The notes beneath the pieces were generated by a model. It had not been told where the DNA came from. It saw only the letters and a list, made by a program, of their open reading frames with translations, and did no database searches. A stretch of 63,356 bases of DNA, counting the filler, from Asterionella formosa (Eukaryota), in NCBI GenBank assembly GCA_002256025.1. It is 17 parts of 17 records of this genome, joined end to end, with 100 filler letters (N's around TTAATTAATTAA, not from the genome) between each part and the next. Parts side by side here need not be neighbours in the genome. Positions count along the whole stretch, not along the records: positions 51,256 to 53,190 come from NKIB01000821.1; positions 53,291 to 55,225 come from NKIB01000822.1; positions 55,326 to 57,261 come from NKIB01000824.1; positions 57,362 to 59,293 come from NKIB01000825.1; positions 59,394 to 61,325 come from NKIB01000826.1; positions 61,426 to 63,356 come from NKIB01000828.1; 11 more parts are not named here. One strand, 5' to 3'. Position numbers and translations under genes: made by a program. How positions within the stretch are numbered: the stretch's first letter is position 1; the number at the start of each line of letters is the position of its first letter. Below, piece after piece: positions 52,100 through 63,356 of the stretch.

Positions 52100-53190
52100 A
52101 AAATGATTTTCAATTGCCGTTTTTGTCAAAAACCATTTTTTGAAGCACGACAGGTTACAAGTGTTTGCCCAAAGATTTTTGGGGTCATCTCCAATATTGT
52201 GGACCCATTCCTTGTATAGATGTACATATTCCATGCTTTCCAACAATCTAGGACAAACCTCAACATTTGCAAAACCATGTTTCATCCCCATCTCTTGTCA
52301 GTTGCCTGATAGTCATGGATCTGTCATTTGCGACAGTTTATTGAATTCGCAATGGCCCAGTACTTGCTGATGCATGTGTCCTCTGAACACCTGATTCCAC
52401 CACCCTATATCCTTTTCTTCAGAAACCCTTCAAACGTGGCCTGCCCTATTCAACATTCCACTGTGGAATGGAACCTTCCCATTTCACTGCTTTTTCAAAA
52501 AACATTGTCACATACCCGATTCAAAAGTTGTAATAACAAAAGGACATGTATATGTATCATTTTCCCATTTTTGTCAGGGCATTGCTCCATGCCTTGCTTG
52601 GTTCTCTCCTCTATTGTAGTCTGATAGCAAAGGATGTGGTCAATGTCCTCATTAAATTTTCCACAACCATCAATGTGTTTCTTGTATTTCTTCTGTCGTT
52701 TCATGTATGCAAATAAATCAAACTCAAATTTGAAAATTGATGTGCATTGCTTGTTGCCCCTTGATTTGTTTGTTTTCCTACTCTCTCTCTTGCTTCCCAG
52801 TCAACCATATCAATATTTCTTGAGAATTCCAGACCGAACATCGTGTTTCTTGTCGACTTTGCTACAAATAAGATTCATTCTGTTGAAACAATGGCTTTTT
52901 GAGCAGTCACAGATTCGAAGGCAATGTTATTGTTGTCATCCTTCCGTGTAGCTTTGACTATATCAGAAAACAAAATTGCCTCAGAAGGCGCTGCCATTTC
53001 GCTTCTGAGCTCACTCAGCTGAGTCAAATTCCCTCTCAAAATTTGAGGATTGTAATCCTTAATGGCTGATTCTAGCTTACTAGTTATTGTGTTGTGCCTT
53101 GTTTACCATTTCGATGACAGGCGCTCATGTGTTAGGTCGAATGATTAGTCCCTTGCATCCAAAAAATCCTGCAATGGCATTAGTTTGTAA
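52100..53190 (-). pseudogene. Degraded ORF, family not recognised
   Basis: Long protein-like minus-strand frame (about 52500-53080) with a single internal stop. Confidence 0.25.
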
Positions 53191-54035
53191 NNNNNNNNNN
53201 NNNNNNNNNNNNNNNNNNNNNNNNNNNNNNNNNNTTAATTAATTAANNNNNNNNNNNNNNNNNNNNNNNNNNNNNNNNNNNNNNNNNNNNAACAGAGGAT
53301 GGAATGGATATATAGAGGGATTGTTGAAGCACTCGTGTGATGACTATGGCTGGATTGAGGGGCGATGTACCGGTAGTTGTAGGTTGAATGCTCGACTAGT
53401 GCATAGTGAAGTCATCGATTAGTCTGTTTTCCAAGTAAAAGATATCCATGATCCCTACCCTCAGATCCTCTTCGAAAAAATTAATCAATCTCCCTCTTAA
53501 CCATGATACGTGTGAATGATTCTATCAAGCGCAATTGGGAGTCGACTATTCGACGAAAAAAAACAATGGTCGCCATGGTCGGTGTTACAATACTTGTTTT
53601 GTAACCAATGTGATAAAAATATTTTATGTAGGGGTTTAGGGTTAGGGATCGATTCCTGGTTTATCGAAGCCACAGTGATGTGCTGACCGCACAATATCAG
53701 CCACCTCCGTGGCCACACAAGACGACGCACGTTAACCAAATGATACCGGTAAGTGCCACCGCCCTGCGCGGCTGCGAACATCTCGATAATTCGTCCTTCT
53801 TCTTGCCGTCGGCAATTTTAACAATTTTATGTTGACGATAGGAATATGTGAGTATAATGAGCAGACAGCTATGTACTGTATGGCACATCAATTTGTACGA
53901 GGTAGACAACTGTCAATCCTTCCTTCCTTCCTTTTATAATTATCATCATCATCACCATCAACAACATAAATAATATATATATATACAATCATAGCCACAT
54001 TATTCTCACAGACTCGCATCATTACAGCAAACAGA

Positions 54036-54812
54036 ATGACCATCATCAAGGCTGACACCGTCATGTTCGGCTTTCTCCTCGTCCTGGCCATATCGTCGTT
54101 AACATGCGTCCAAGCCTTTGTCGTCCGACCGACCAACACAATACGTGCAAGCACTTGTGTTACAGCACCTCCTTCCAGGTTGCTTCGCAGCATTCGCAGT
54201 AGCAGCCATCATCAGTTATTTGCACCTCGAACAAGTGCCACTACTGCAATAACTCAGCTACGTTTGACAGACATCCCCATGAGTAGTACACCATCTGCAC
54301 CTCAAGAACAACAACAAAACGTCATTGTCAAAGTTTGGCTCGTCCTGAAGAAAACATTGACTGAATTTACAACTGGATACATGGGTGGGTACTTCATTTC
54401 GGCTCTATGGGGAATCATTAAAGGAGGAATGATTGATCCAGCCCGATGTGCGAGGTGGGGTATGATGTTTGCTCCCATTAGTGCCATTTATGGTGGGTGT
54501 GATGCTGTGGCCAAGCTATTCTTTGGGCTGACGGAACAAAGTCTCTGGAATGCAGTTATCAAGAGTTCTGTTACTGGAATTTATTTGGGACGCATGGGTG
54601 GGGTTGTGGGCATGATCAAGGGTGGAGCCCTTTATGGTACCATGACTTACTTTTTAACAAAACAAAGGGCCAACCAGCAGATCGAGCAAGCAGCAGCTGC
54701 TGCTGCAGCTGACATTATGAATGACAAGCGACCATCAGCACTCAATCAGGGGCCTGCTCCAGCTTTGGATGTTGACTTTGAAGTTATCCAAGATAAGGAT
54801 ATTGACGCATGA
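54036..54812 (+). CDS. Plastid-targeted Tim17/Tim22/Tim23 (PRAT) family membrane protein
   Basis: Signal peptide ending VQA-F, Ser/Thr/Arg transit peptide, Gly-rich helices (GYMGGYF, WGMMFAPISAIYGG, WNAVI..VTG, GMIKGGALYG). Confidence 0.8.
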   Translation: MTIIKADTVMFGFLLVLAISSLTCVQAFVVRPTNTIRASTCVTAPPSRLLRSIRSSSHHQLFAPRTSATTAITQLRLTDIPMSSTPSAPQEQQQNVIVKVWLVLKKTLTEFTTGYMGGYFISALWGIIKGGMIDPARCARWGMMFAPISAIYGGCDAVAKLFFGLTEQSLWNAVIKSSVTGIYLGRMGGVVGMIKGGALYGTMTYFLTKQRANQQIEQAAAAAAADIMNDKRPSALNQGPAPALDVDFEVIQDKDIDA

Positions 54813-55701
54813 TTTTACAATTGTTGATTGTGAGAAACATTATTTTGCCCAATAATATTAGTATAGCAACATGAGTGGATTTTGGGCTACTATTTCTCAA
54901 ATTGGAGGTTTAGATCAATGATGCAGAATAAGAAAAAAGTTACTCTATCATAATGAGAATAAATTTAGTTTTACCATTTTCAAGCAATGAGTAACATGCA
55001 CTACTGGTACAGCAATTATGGTCAAACTCAAGGAATAGTCAGGCAATGAAGGGAATTGTACACTGGTCCATGGAGTCAACTACATTGCTAAAAGTAACTA
55101 CTAGACCTGTTAATCATAGATGAATGCTTGGAGGTTCTTCAGTGTTGGGGTAAATTGAAGGACAAGCATGATGATAGAGATGATAATGGCAATGAAAGAA
55201 CAACATCAATATCAACAGGGGAAAGNNNNNNNNNNNNNNNNNNNNNNNNNNNNNNNNNNNNNNNNNNNNTTAATTAATTAANNNNNNNNNNNNNNNNNNN
55301 NNNNNNNNNNNNNNNNNNNNNNNNNTTTGTAATTTAAATAGTAACCCTTTTGACTACATATATTTAATTATTATATGTATTGTTTCTATTTGATTCCTGT
55401 ATTCGAATTTCTTGGTAGGATAATGTACCAGTTCAAGTAATGTAATTTGGCTTGTCATTTCCATCCGCCCCTCCTCATCACTCCGATTTTTCCAAAACAA
55501 CGAAATACTAGCGATGACAAGCGGAATGAATGTTTGCGATAACGTCTTCAATTTGTTGGTCAAGTGATCTTTATATCTTCGAGTAATCGTCATGTGCAGT
55601 GAACCTTTGTTCATAATCATTCAATTAAGAGTTTACAGGAGAGAAGAAACCATTCGAACTCGTAATGTTTCCGCACACAGCGCACAAAGTATATCCGTTT
55701 C

Positions 55702-56558
55702 GTCCACTTCAGCATGACAATCTCGCCAATCAAGAACCCGTAAACAAACACACTCTACTTGTTCTCGTTGACATTTTCAATTCTCACATGATACTACATC
55801 TACTATTGAGATTCAGCATAGAAAGAGATACGAAAATGTGCGTAACAGACTACTGTCCACATAGCTATAGTTATAGAATGATTCTGATTAGAATGCATTT
55901 CATTTTCATTTCGCTCGCTCGTTTCTGCATTTGGCATACTGTACTTGAATTAACTATTGAACTTGTCCGCATCTTTGATACCATCAAGAGAGCGAAAGCA
56001 AGTGGCTCTTTTCATTGTTGTTTGCTTGTAGGAAAAATTTGATATCTGTATTGTCATTTGCTTGCCTGTTGGAATTGTCCGTTGCCTCAAACTTGCTTGG
56101 CATGTGCGTGCACACACTGTCGACTTGTTTTCAATGGTATGTTGTTCTTGTATTCACTGTTGAACTTGTCCGTATCTTTGTTACCATCAATAGAGCGACA
56201 AGTGGGTCTCTTCATTGTTGTTTGCTCCTGGAAAAGTCGGTGTCCGTGTCCGTGTCCGTGTCATCCTCATCAATAGAGAGACAAGTTCTTTCGTTGGAAA
56301 AATTGGTACCCGTGGTATCATCATTCGCTCGTTCGAACCACTGTCCGTTGCCTCAAACCTGATTAGCGTGTGAGTACCGGCATGTGCACTGTCGACTTTA
56401 GTACATTACAGGCGGAGTGACTTCGCCACTAAATTGCGTGATATAATAATATACCTTGTAGCACGATGCAGAATACAGTTGCTTCTCAATCATCTCATCA
56501 TGATTGATAAGATGATAATGTGATATCATGATAGGGTTACATCGATGCATACATCACC
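55702..56558 (+). repeat. Dispersed repeat, copy 2, continuing into AT-rich ATGAT-rich sequence to about 56940
   Basis: Reverse-complement match to 39030-39896; internal direct repeat near 55955 and 56158. Confidence 0.92.
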
Positions 56559-57078
56559 AAAGTATGATACGTAATATTGAATAAAGTACATCACATAGCT
56601 ATGATACATTGATCATAAAGCTATGATGATTTTATAAAATGTTTATGACAAAATTTTGATCAAATAATTTTGATCAAAATATGATTATGTTAAAATAATA
56701 CAATGATAAAAAAATACGATAAAATATGTACGCAAGTATTACCAAGACATCATAGAAAATAAATCAAGCAATCATAAAGTATGTTAATTAATACATGTGT
56801 TTGTCGTTTAATGTATACTGTTAAAGTCAACAGTTAATATGATAGTATTGTACAGTGGATAGGATCTAAGTATACGGATGCGTTGATATGTGCATCACTA
56901 TAATATGATTTGTGACATGATGGATTGATGCATATCACATACCGGTATCCTCAACAACCAGCCATCACGTTCATTGTCGTGTCGTCTTTCCTTGTTTTAG
57001 CTATATACCGGTATATGCCAGCATGTGCATTGTGTTAAAACTACGCTGGCGAAACATGCATATTACACTGTGCTCTGT

Positions 57079-57261
57079 TCAACAAGGAATTGTAGCAAGT
57101 GTTGGCCGATCAATAGGCGAAATCACTGGAGAATCAGATGTAATAGGACCCATTGTGATTGGGCTAGGAGAAGCGACTGGAGATACAGAAGAAACTGGGG
57201 GTGCATCAGGAGGAAGTGTAGCAAGTGTTGGTCGGTCAATAGGCGAAATCACTGGAGAAAG
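57079..57261 (-). CDS. 3' fragment of a Pro/Ser/Thr-rich repeat protein
   Basis: SPVISPIDRPTLAT twice with 126-bp period, stop at 57079-57081. Confidence 0.45.
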   Translation of the reverse strand, partial: LSPVISPIDRPTLATLPPDAPPVSSVSPVASPSPITMGPITSDSPVISPIDRPTLATIPC

Positions 57262-57361
57262 NNNNNNNNNNNNNNNNNNNNNNNNNNNNNNNNNNNNNNN
57301 NNNNNTTAATTAATTAANNNNNNNNNNNNNNNNNNNNNNNNNNNNNNNNNNNNNNNNNNNN

Positions 57362-57700
57362 ATCCATTGTCAAGTACTACACAAAATTAGTCAAGATTTT
57401 CCCAAGAGAAACGGCAGAGCAAGGCTGGAAAATGACAAAGTTTCATCAGCAGATGCATACTGTCCGAAATATCGAACGGTTTGGCAGGCGGCAAGTTTTC
57501 AATGGGGGACCAATGGAAAAGAATTTGAAATTCCTTTGCAATTTCTTACCAGCTAAAACATCTCAAAAACGACATCACCTAATGGACCTTCAATCTGGAC
57601 AGCGAATTATCGAAAACATTGCCATAGGTATTGCATGTCGGGAATTTTTGGGAAGAGATCCTTTTGAACATGACGATACAGATTCGTTCGCCGATGATGG
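57362..57700 (+). mobile_element. Plavaka/CMC-like transposase fragment
   Basis: GWKMTKFHQQMH...IERFG....NGGPMEKNLK....PAKTSQKR...D.Q..QR resembles the PKxH..H...G.....E..K motif. Confidence 0.65.
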
Positions 57701-58425
57701 TACTACTAATGAAACACCAAGCACTGGGACTGACAGTATAAGCACATCTACAGGTGGTGCATGCTTTTCACAAATAGGCGGGAGACATCCATCGACCAAG
57801 TCGGACAGAAGTGTCATGTCAGTTCTTGTCACGTCTCTTCGTTCCAACTCCTCTTATTCGAAACCGTTTAATACGGCGGGATACAACCTTCCTCGCTGTT
57901 TCCCAAGTCCAATGGTATCACCAGAATGCAGCAAAGTTTTCTTCCCATTCATGATCCTTGGGACTTCGTCATGTTGTGGCGTTCTACCCCCTGCTCGATA
58001 ATTACAGCCACCCTGTCGCGGGCCGTTGCAACGCACGATGATGGGTGATGCACCAAATTTTTACGGTATAATAGATTCCAGCGCTTTGACTTTCACAGCC
58101 TCTCTACAGAGCTGCGACAGAAAATAAAAGGGAAAAACATAGTACCACCATAACCGTAGGTGCTACTTAAAGGTGCTGATAAAAGACGTAGACGTACTAC
58201 CTGGTACCGGTAGACATCGTCAGCCTGGCTAATTATCGCGCCAGTTAAATTCATAAAAGCAATATTATGATAACTACTGCCCGGGTAGGTATGCCGTGCA
58301 TCAACACATCACGAGCATTGATTGTCTCCAACAGTACTTAGAAGTGCTGTCACTAGTAGCAGATCACAATGATTTTGTTGTTTTAACAAACTACGTGTTA
58401 ACTTAACTTTCGCCAAACCACCACC

Positions 58426-59293
58426 ATGTGGGCTAATCGACACAATTCTGCATCGTTGTCTGATACAGACTCCATACCAGACAATCCTGCATCGGATGGA
58501 TACGACGATTATCAACTTGAGGAGTATAATGAATCGGAAGAGAGTGTCAAAGGAGATGGGAGGTTGACGGCAGAACAAGAAAGAGATAAACTCCAAATTC
58601 TATTGTCTGAGAGTACACAGGAAATCAAGCGCCTACGTGAATAGCAGCTGAAAACAACCGTTTGAAATTGGAGTAGTAGGTGGAATTGACCGGTGCAAAC
58701 ATTGGACAAACCTTCTGGCTAGCTGGGTCAGAGAGGAATTGTTTCCAAAAGTCAAATTTGTCACAGGTGATTATGATTTGGAAATTAGGGAACCCGACAG
58801 CATTGCTGGTGCTGTTCGTTATCATTCCCATCACTCAGAAATGGTACTGACAAAGATTTTGAATCATTTTGGTTCACATATAAGTGTGACATCAACAAAA
58901 AATTTCTGATAAAAGGAATGCTGTTTCAACATCAATCAAAAAGGGTTTCAAAAGTAAGTTCAAAATGAGGTGTCGTGCTTGCTGTTGGCTTCCTGTTCCA
59001 AACAATGATACTTAATTATAAAAATAGGAATGGTTGAGGATGGAAAGTTACAGTTCCTTTCCCGAAATTCGATTGTTCAGTCCAGGACAGAACCACCAGA
59101 TGTTGGTAAAGTTGAAGAGCATTCCTTCATTATTCTAGTGAATCACATTTTTTCTCGGTTAGTGAAGTATGGTGATTATGCTAGCCAAAAACACAAAAAA
59201 TATGGCCTCGTCCATCATGACTGTATCGGATGAAGCATATGCCTTGCTTGTCTTGGAAAATAGTTGAGATGTATGGACCCAGAACTATACAAC
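58426..59293 (+). pseudogene. Transposon-associated accessory ORF relic
   Basis: WVREELFPKVKFV and TVSDEAYALLVLENS*DVW remnants, with stops and frameshifts. Confidence 0.5.
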
Positions 59294-59393
59294 NNNNNNN
59301 NNNNNNNNNNNNNNNNNNNNNNNNNNNNNNNNNNNNNTTAATTAATTAANNNNNNNNNNNNNNNNNNNNNNNNNNNNNNNNNNNNNNNNNNNN

Positions 59394-61325
59394 TGCGCCG
59401 AGCACTGCGTTTGCCAGTAACTTCTTTCCAACCATCAAGGCGTTTAAATTCTCGTTCCAATTTTGCTTTCTTCGAAGCATCTTTGTTGATCTCATCACCT
59501 AACTTCCCCACTGCTTCGGATAGCTGAAATCTTGTTTGTTTCACAACTGGAACAGGTGTTTCCAAATAAATATCCTGCTGGATAGGTGGCACAAGAGGAA
59601 GAACATCTTCGTCCTGCTTTTCATCATCAATTGGAATAACAACCACTTCTGTGTCCCCTTCCACATTGAAATCCCTCAAACCTGCGATTGGACTTGTTTG
59701 GCCATGCCAATCAGCCCAGCGAATGTTTCGACTATTTAAAATCTTTCTTGTCTGAGGGTTAAACATTCGGTAAGTGTCTCTAGCATGATCATGAGAATAA
59801 CCAACCATCACACATTTAATGGCCTTTTCTTCGAGTTTATTTGTTTTCTTAGCACCAATTTTCACCCATCCGATCCTGCCAAAATACATTAGATGATCGT
59901 AAATCATTGGAAACTTTTTGTAAAACTTCTCATCTGCACTTTTTACATCATTAGATGTGGCCACAATGTTCGTGATTCGTGTGTTGGTGTTGATGGCCTC
60001 TGCCCAAAGTAAACCTTGAATTTCATAAATTAAATTTTGCAGCAAACATTGCTGCACATGCTCATTGACGAATGGTTACAAACTTTCGCTCAACAATTCC
60101 ATTCTGTTGTGGTGTGTAGGGTGCCGTAAATTCGATTTGAATATTGAATTTGTCGCATAGTTTTGTCAAACCTGAGACGTTTTCACCCGCATTGTCACAT
60201 TGGAGAAACTTGGTAACATACTCAGCCGTTTTGAGTTAAGTCAACAAATCTTCAATCTTTGAAGCAAGCTGTGACTTCTTCTTAGCAAAGAAACTCCAAG
60301 ATTTTCCGGTGTAATCATCAACAACAAGGATCCAATTGTCATTTCCTAAAATCGACTTTTTAAATGGACCGCTGATATCTGTGCACAAACGTTCGCCCGG
60401 TTGAGTAGCCTTGCTCATAGTGATTTTAGGAACACTTTTTGCTTTAGCCTTAGCTAGCGCACATCCTTCACATGTATACATCAAACCTGTCATTTTGAAA
60501 CCAAGCGATTTCATAGTAGCCCGCACTGCCGGTTCCCCAATATGTCCGTATTTAGCGTGAGCTTCATTAATGTCCATACTGGTCAATTTCGTTGTGATGA
60601 CCTCTGCAGATAAGATATCACTCCCACCTGGGTAAATTCCACGAGTTCCTTGGAAATAGTACAAAACATCTGAATGATCACGTTTGAAATCTAGCGTCTC
60701 AGTTTTTCCCGCTTTTGTCAAAGTCATTTGGTTGTGCTTCATACCAAGTTCGTATTTACCATCACGTACAAAAGTACCAATGCTGATAATTTTTTTATGA
60801 AATGTAGGTGTATAAAGGACATTCTTAAGCAAGAGTGTCTCATTGGTCACTTTGTTTCGCACGCAGACATCTCCGCGTTCCTTGCAAATGACTTCTTTAC
60901 CATCGCCTACAACAACGCGTACATTTACTGCTTTCACATTTGTCATATACTTATTGCACATAGTAATATGACTGGTTGCGCCTGTATCAGCTAACCAACG
61001 TTCCTTTTTCTCGATTGATGCGCAAATTTTACTCTCACTGTTTTTGATGCTTGCATGGTGTGCTTGATTGATCTCTTCATCCACAATTTCAACCGTCACT
61101 CCAATAAATGCATATTCTGTTTCTTCGCATGTAATGTAGACCTTTGTGTCTTCAACATATTCATAGTCAAAAAACGTCTTGTTGTTTGTAGTCAAGTCAA
61201 TTATTTCAAAATCATCATCTGTATCAGACTTTTCATCATGGATTTCGATCGTTTCAACAATACCAACAAACATTCCAGTTTCTTTCTTTTCCTTTGTTTT
61301 CTTTTCTTCAGGACAGTCCTTAGCA
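59394..61325 (-). mobile_element. Ty1/copia polyprotein fragment (zinc-knuckle end, protease, pre-integrase, integrase), pseudogenised
   Basis: AKDCP, WLADTGATSH, AHAKYGH..CEGC, TDISGP, VVDDYT, CDNAGE, TPQQNGIVER, LWAEA, CVMVGY; TAA at 60236 and a later stop and frameshift. Confidence 0.93.
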
Positions 61326-61775
61326 NNNNNNNNNNNNNNNNNNNNNNNNNNNNNNNNNNNNNNNNNNNNTTAATTAATTAANNNNNNNNNNNNNNNNNNN
61401 NNNNNNNNNNNNNNNNNNNNNNNNNGGACTGGGCATCTGGGTGTATTGCAACGCTCATCCAGTCAGACAAGAGGATATCTGTGAGTCATCTTTTGTAGCA
61501 GTAGGTGAACAAGCAAGGAATCTGCTGGACTGAAGACATACGCTTTAGCCATATCACAGGATTTACTGAGGAAATCAATAAACAAGCTTTTCCCTGAGCG
61601 TCAATTGATCATATCTTTGCTGTAAGACTCCAAATGTCGACCTGCCTTGTAAGGATACACAAAGAGGTTTGAATCTTGATGTTTAGTATGTTGTTGTCCT
61701 TCATCAATGGGACCACTGGAACTTGAGAGGACATCAAAAATATTAATTCTAATTGGACTCTTTTTGAATTCAAAG

Positions 61776-61973
61776 TGAAGTATCTAACTAGAAGTAGTAG
61801 TATTTGTTGAATATATGAGGTTATTTGTTAATCCCTTGTGTGTAACTCATTCTCTAAGTCGACACCAAAGTATACAATGAGGGTTAGTTGAGTTCTCTCA
61901 TTATTGAGTTCTGATACATATATGATATAACACTAACCCTATATACATCTGTATTGATGCGCAAGATCGCTCA
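61776..61973 (-). repeat. Diverged extra LTR copy (198 bp)
   Basis: TG...CA ends, aligns with 62109-62304; flanks CAAAG and CCTTT give no TSD. Confidence 0.8.
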
Positions 61974-62108
61974 CCTTTTACTGGTACCTGGTACCAGGTA
62001 CCCGATTCTATTGTATACCGGTAGTTTGGGATGTACATACATACGGGTGTAGGACCAGGGTACCACTCTATCTCATGGATCTGTTAGTGCCTGGAGCAAG
62101 GTACCTGG

Positions 62109-62304
62109 TGAAGTATCTAACTAGAAGTAGTAGTATTTGTTGAATATATGAGCTTATTAATTAATCCTTATGTATAACTCATTTCCTGAACTGACATCAA
62201 AAGTATAGAATGGGTGTTAGTCGAGTTCTCTCATTATTGAATTCCGATATATTTGACATAACCCCAACTCTATATATATCTGTATCGATGTGCAGGATTG
62301 CTCA
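62109..62304 (-). repeat. 3' LTR of the gypsy element (196 bp)
   Basis: Minus-strand TGAG...TTCA directly after the purine tract GGGAGAG, 26 nt past the integrase stop. Confidence 0.85.
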
Positions 62305-62330
62305 CTCTCCCACACTTGAGGGAAAACCTT

Positions 62331-63356
62331 TTACCTATGAAAAGGTTTGATACGACGAATATTAATTCGTTCGGTAATATGCATAGTGCGTTGAAAAGTA
62401 ACTGTACCATTGGCATGTACTTGAATAATAGTATAAGGACCTCGTCCACGATCATCCAAAGTAGTAGGATTATCCAATAATATTAAAATCTCGTCACCCA
62501 CTTTGTAATCATAAGATCGACGACGGAAATTTGCACGACGTAAACGTTCGTCAATTATCACCTGTCGACGTTGATGTATTAATTGTAAATCTGTAATCAA
62601 AGGAATATTTAATATCATATCACGTTGGAAAACCCATGCTCCTGGTGAAATACGTAATATACTATGAATAGTAGCTCGAGCTGCATATGACGCAGCTGCA
62701 AAACATGTATCCACAATATTTTGGGCTTGAAATTCATTGATTGGAGGATGAGCCTTTAACATAACTCGTAGACTATTGCTGATAGATTGATGGAAACGTT
62801 CACAGATAGCATTTGCTTGTGGATTCTTTACTGTGGTAGTCACATCTTTGATTCCATTCAATACTAACATGTGTAAGAAAGGAACACTAGTAAATTCACC
62901 TCCATTGTCATGTATACAACGTTCTGGACGGGGATATCTGGCTAACCAATCATTTTCAAATTTCATTGCAATATATTCTGATGTTTTATTGATGATACGT
63001 GAAATTTCTGCTAAATTGGTGACTGTGTCAATACAAGTTAGAGCACGAAATTCAATCGTTTGAGCAGCCACTGTTATCTTCCATGGACCAATTAGATCTA
63101 CTGCGACTTCTGACCATGGTAATAATAATGCATTCCTGGGTGGAAGTTCACCAAAACCAGTACCAGGTAATTTTGTACGTTGACATGCTTCACATACTCT
63201 TACAATATGTTCCACTCTTGTTTTTAATATAGGGTGATAAAAATGTGTAGCAATTGTAGCATTTAATCTTGTCATACCCACATGAGCTAACATCTGATGA
63301 TACCAATTAATAATAGGATCCAATAATGATGTAGGAATAGCAATACGCCAAGTATC
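62331..63356 (-). mobile_element. Ty3/gypsy integrase, uninterrupted to the window end
   Basis: YHQMLAHVG..CEACQ (HHCC), VAVDLIGP, HDNGGEF, NPQANAICER, GPYTI..VHANGTV, INIRRIKP. Confidence 0.93.

Larger units (their letters stand above)
30764..61425. other. Sixteen artificial 100-nt contig linkers starting at 30764, 32806, 34848, 36889, 38930, 40971, 43011, 45048, 47085, 49121, 51156, 53191, 55226, 57262, 59294 and 61326
   Basis: Each is 44N + TTAATTAATTAA (stop codons in all six frames) + 44N; intervening contigs are 1931-1942 bp. Confidence 0.97.

Noticed and set aside
39030..56558. 860-bp inverted repeats as TIRs of a 17.5-kb giant element
   Set aside because: The copies lie on unlinked contigs, so their orientation and distance are arbitrary.
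30764..61425. Regularly spaced TTAATTAATTAA palindrome about every 2 kb
   Set aside because: It is embedded in N runs and is an artificial six-frame stop linker.

Overview
Eukaryotic nuclear DNA, most likely from a diatom. This is inferred from bipartite signal+F plastid-targeting peptides, short GT-AG introns, CoDi-type Ty1/copia elements and a diatom-type LRR protein. The window is not one locus. Bases 1-30763 are one gene-bearing contig. Bases 30864-63356 are 16 unlinked contigs of 1931-1942 bp in roughly descending length, joined by artificial 100-nt linkers (44N-TTAATTAATTAA-44N). The long contig encodes two divergent plastid-targeted genes, an LRR membrane protein, an OMA1-like M48 protease, a small secreted/ER protein, an M14 carboxypeptidase, importin-4, a diatom-type secreted protein and the 3' end of a GH99-like hydrolase missed by the ORF track. 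These genes are interleaved with MITE, MULE, pogo and possible hAT relics. The small contigs are mostly copia, gypsy and Plavaka-like fragments, plus an LRR-IRAK-like kinase, a 47-aa repeat protein and a plastid-targeted Tim17-family gene. The strongest unexplained signal is a pervasive non-coding grammar of TA-[short core]-TA units (TACCAGGTA, TACCTGGTA, TACCGGTA, TAGCTA, TACGTA). Paralogous copies inside the window differ by these units as indels at TA dinucleotides, consistent with stacked Tc1/mariner-pogo excision footprints. All family assignments come from motif recognition by eye; no searches were run.
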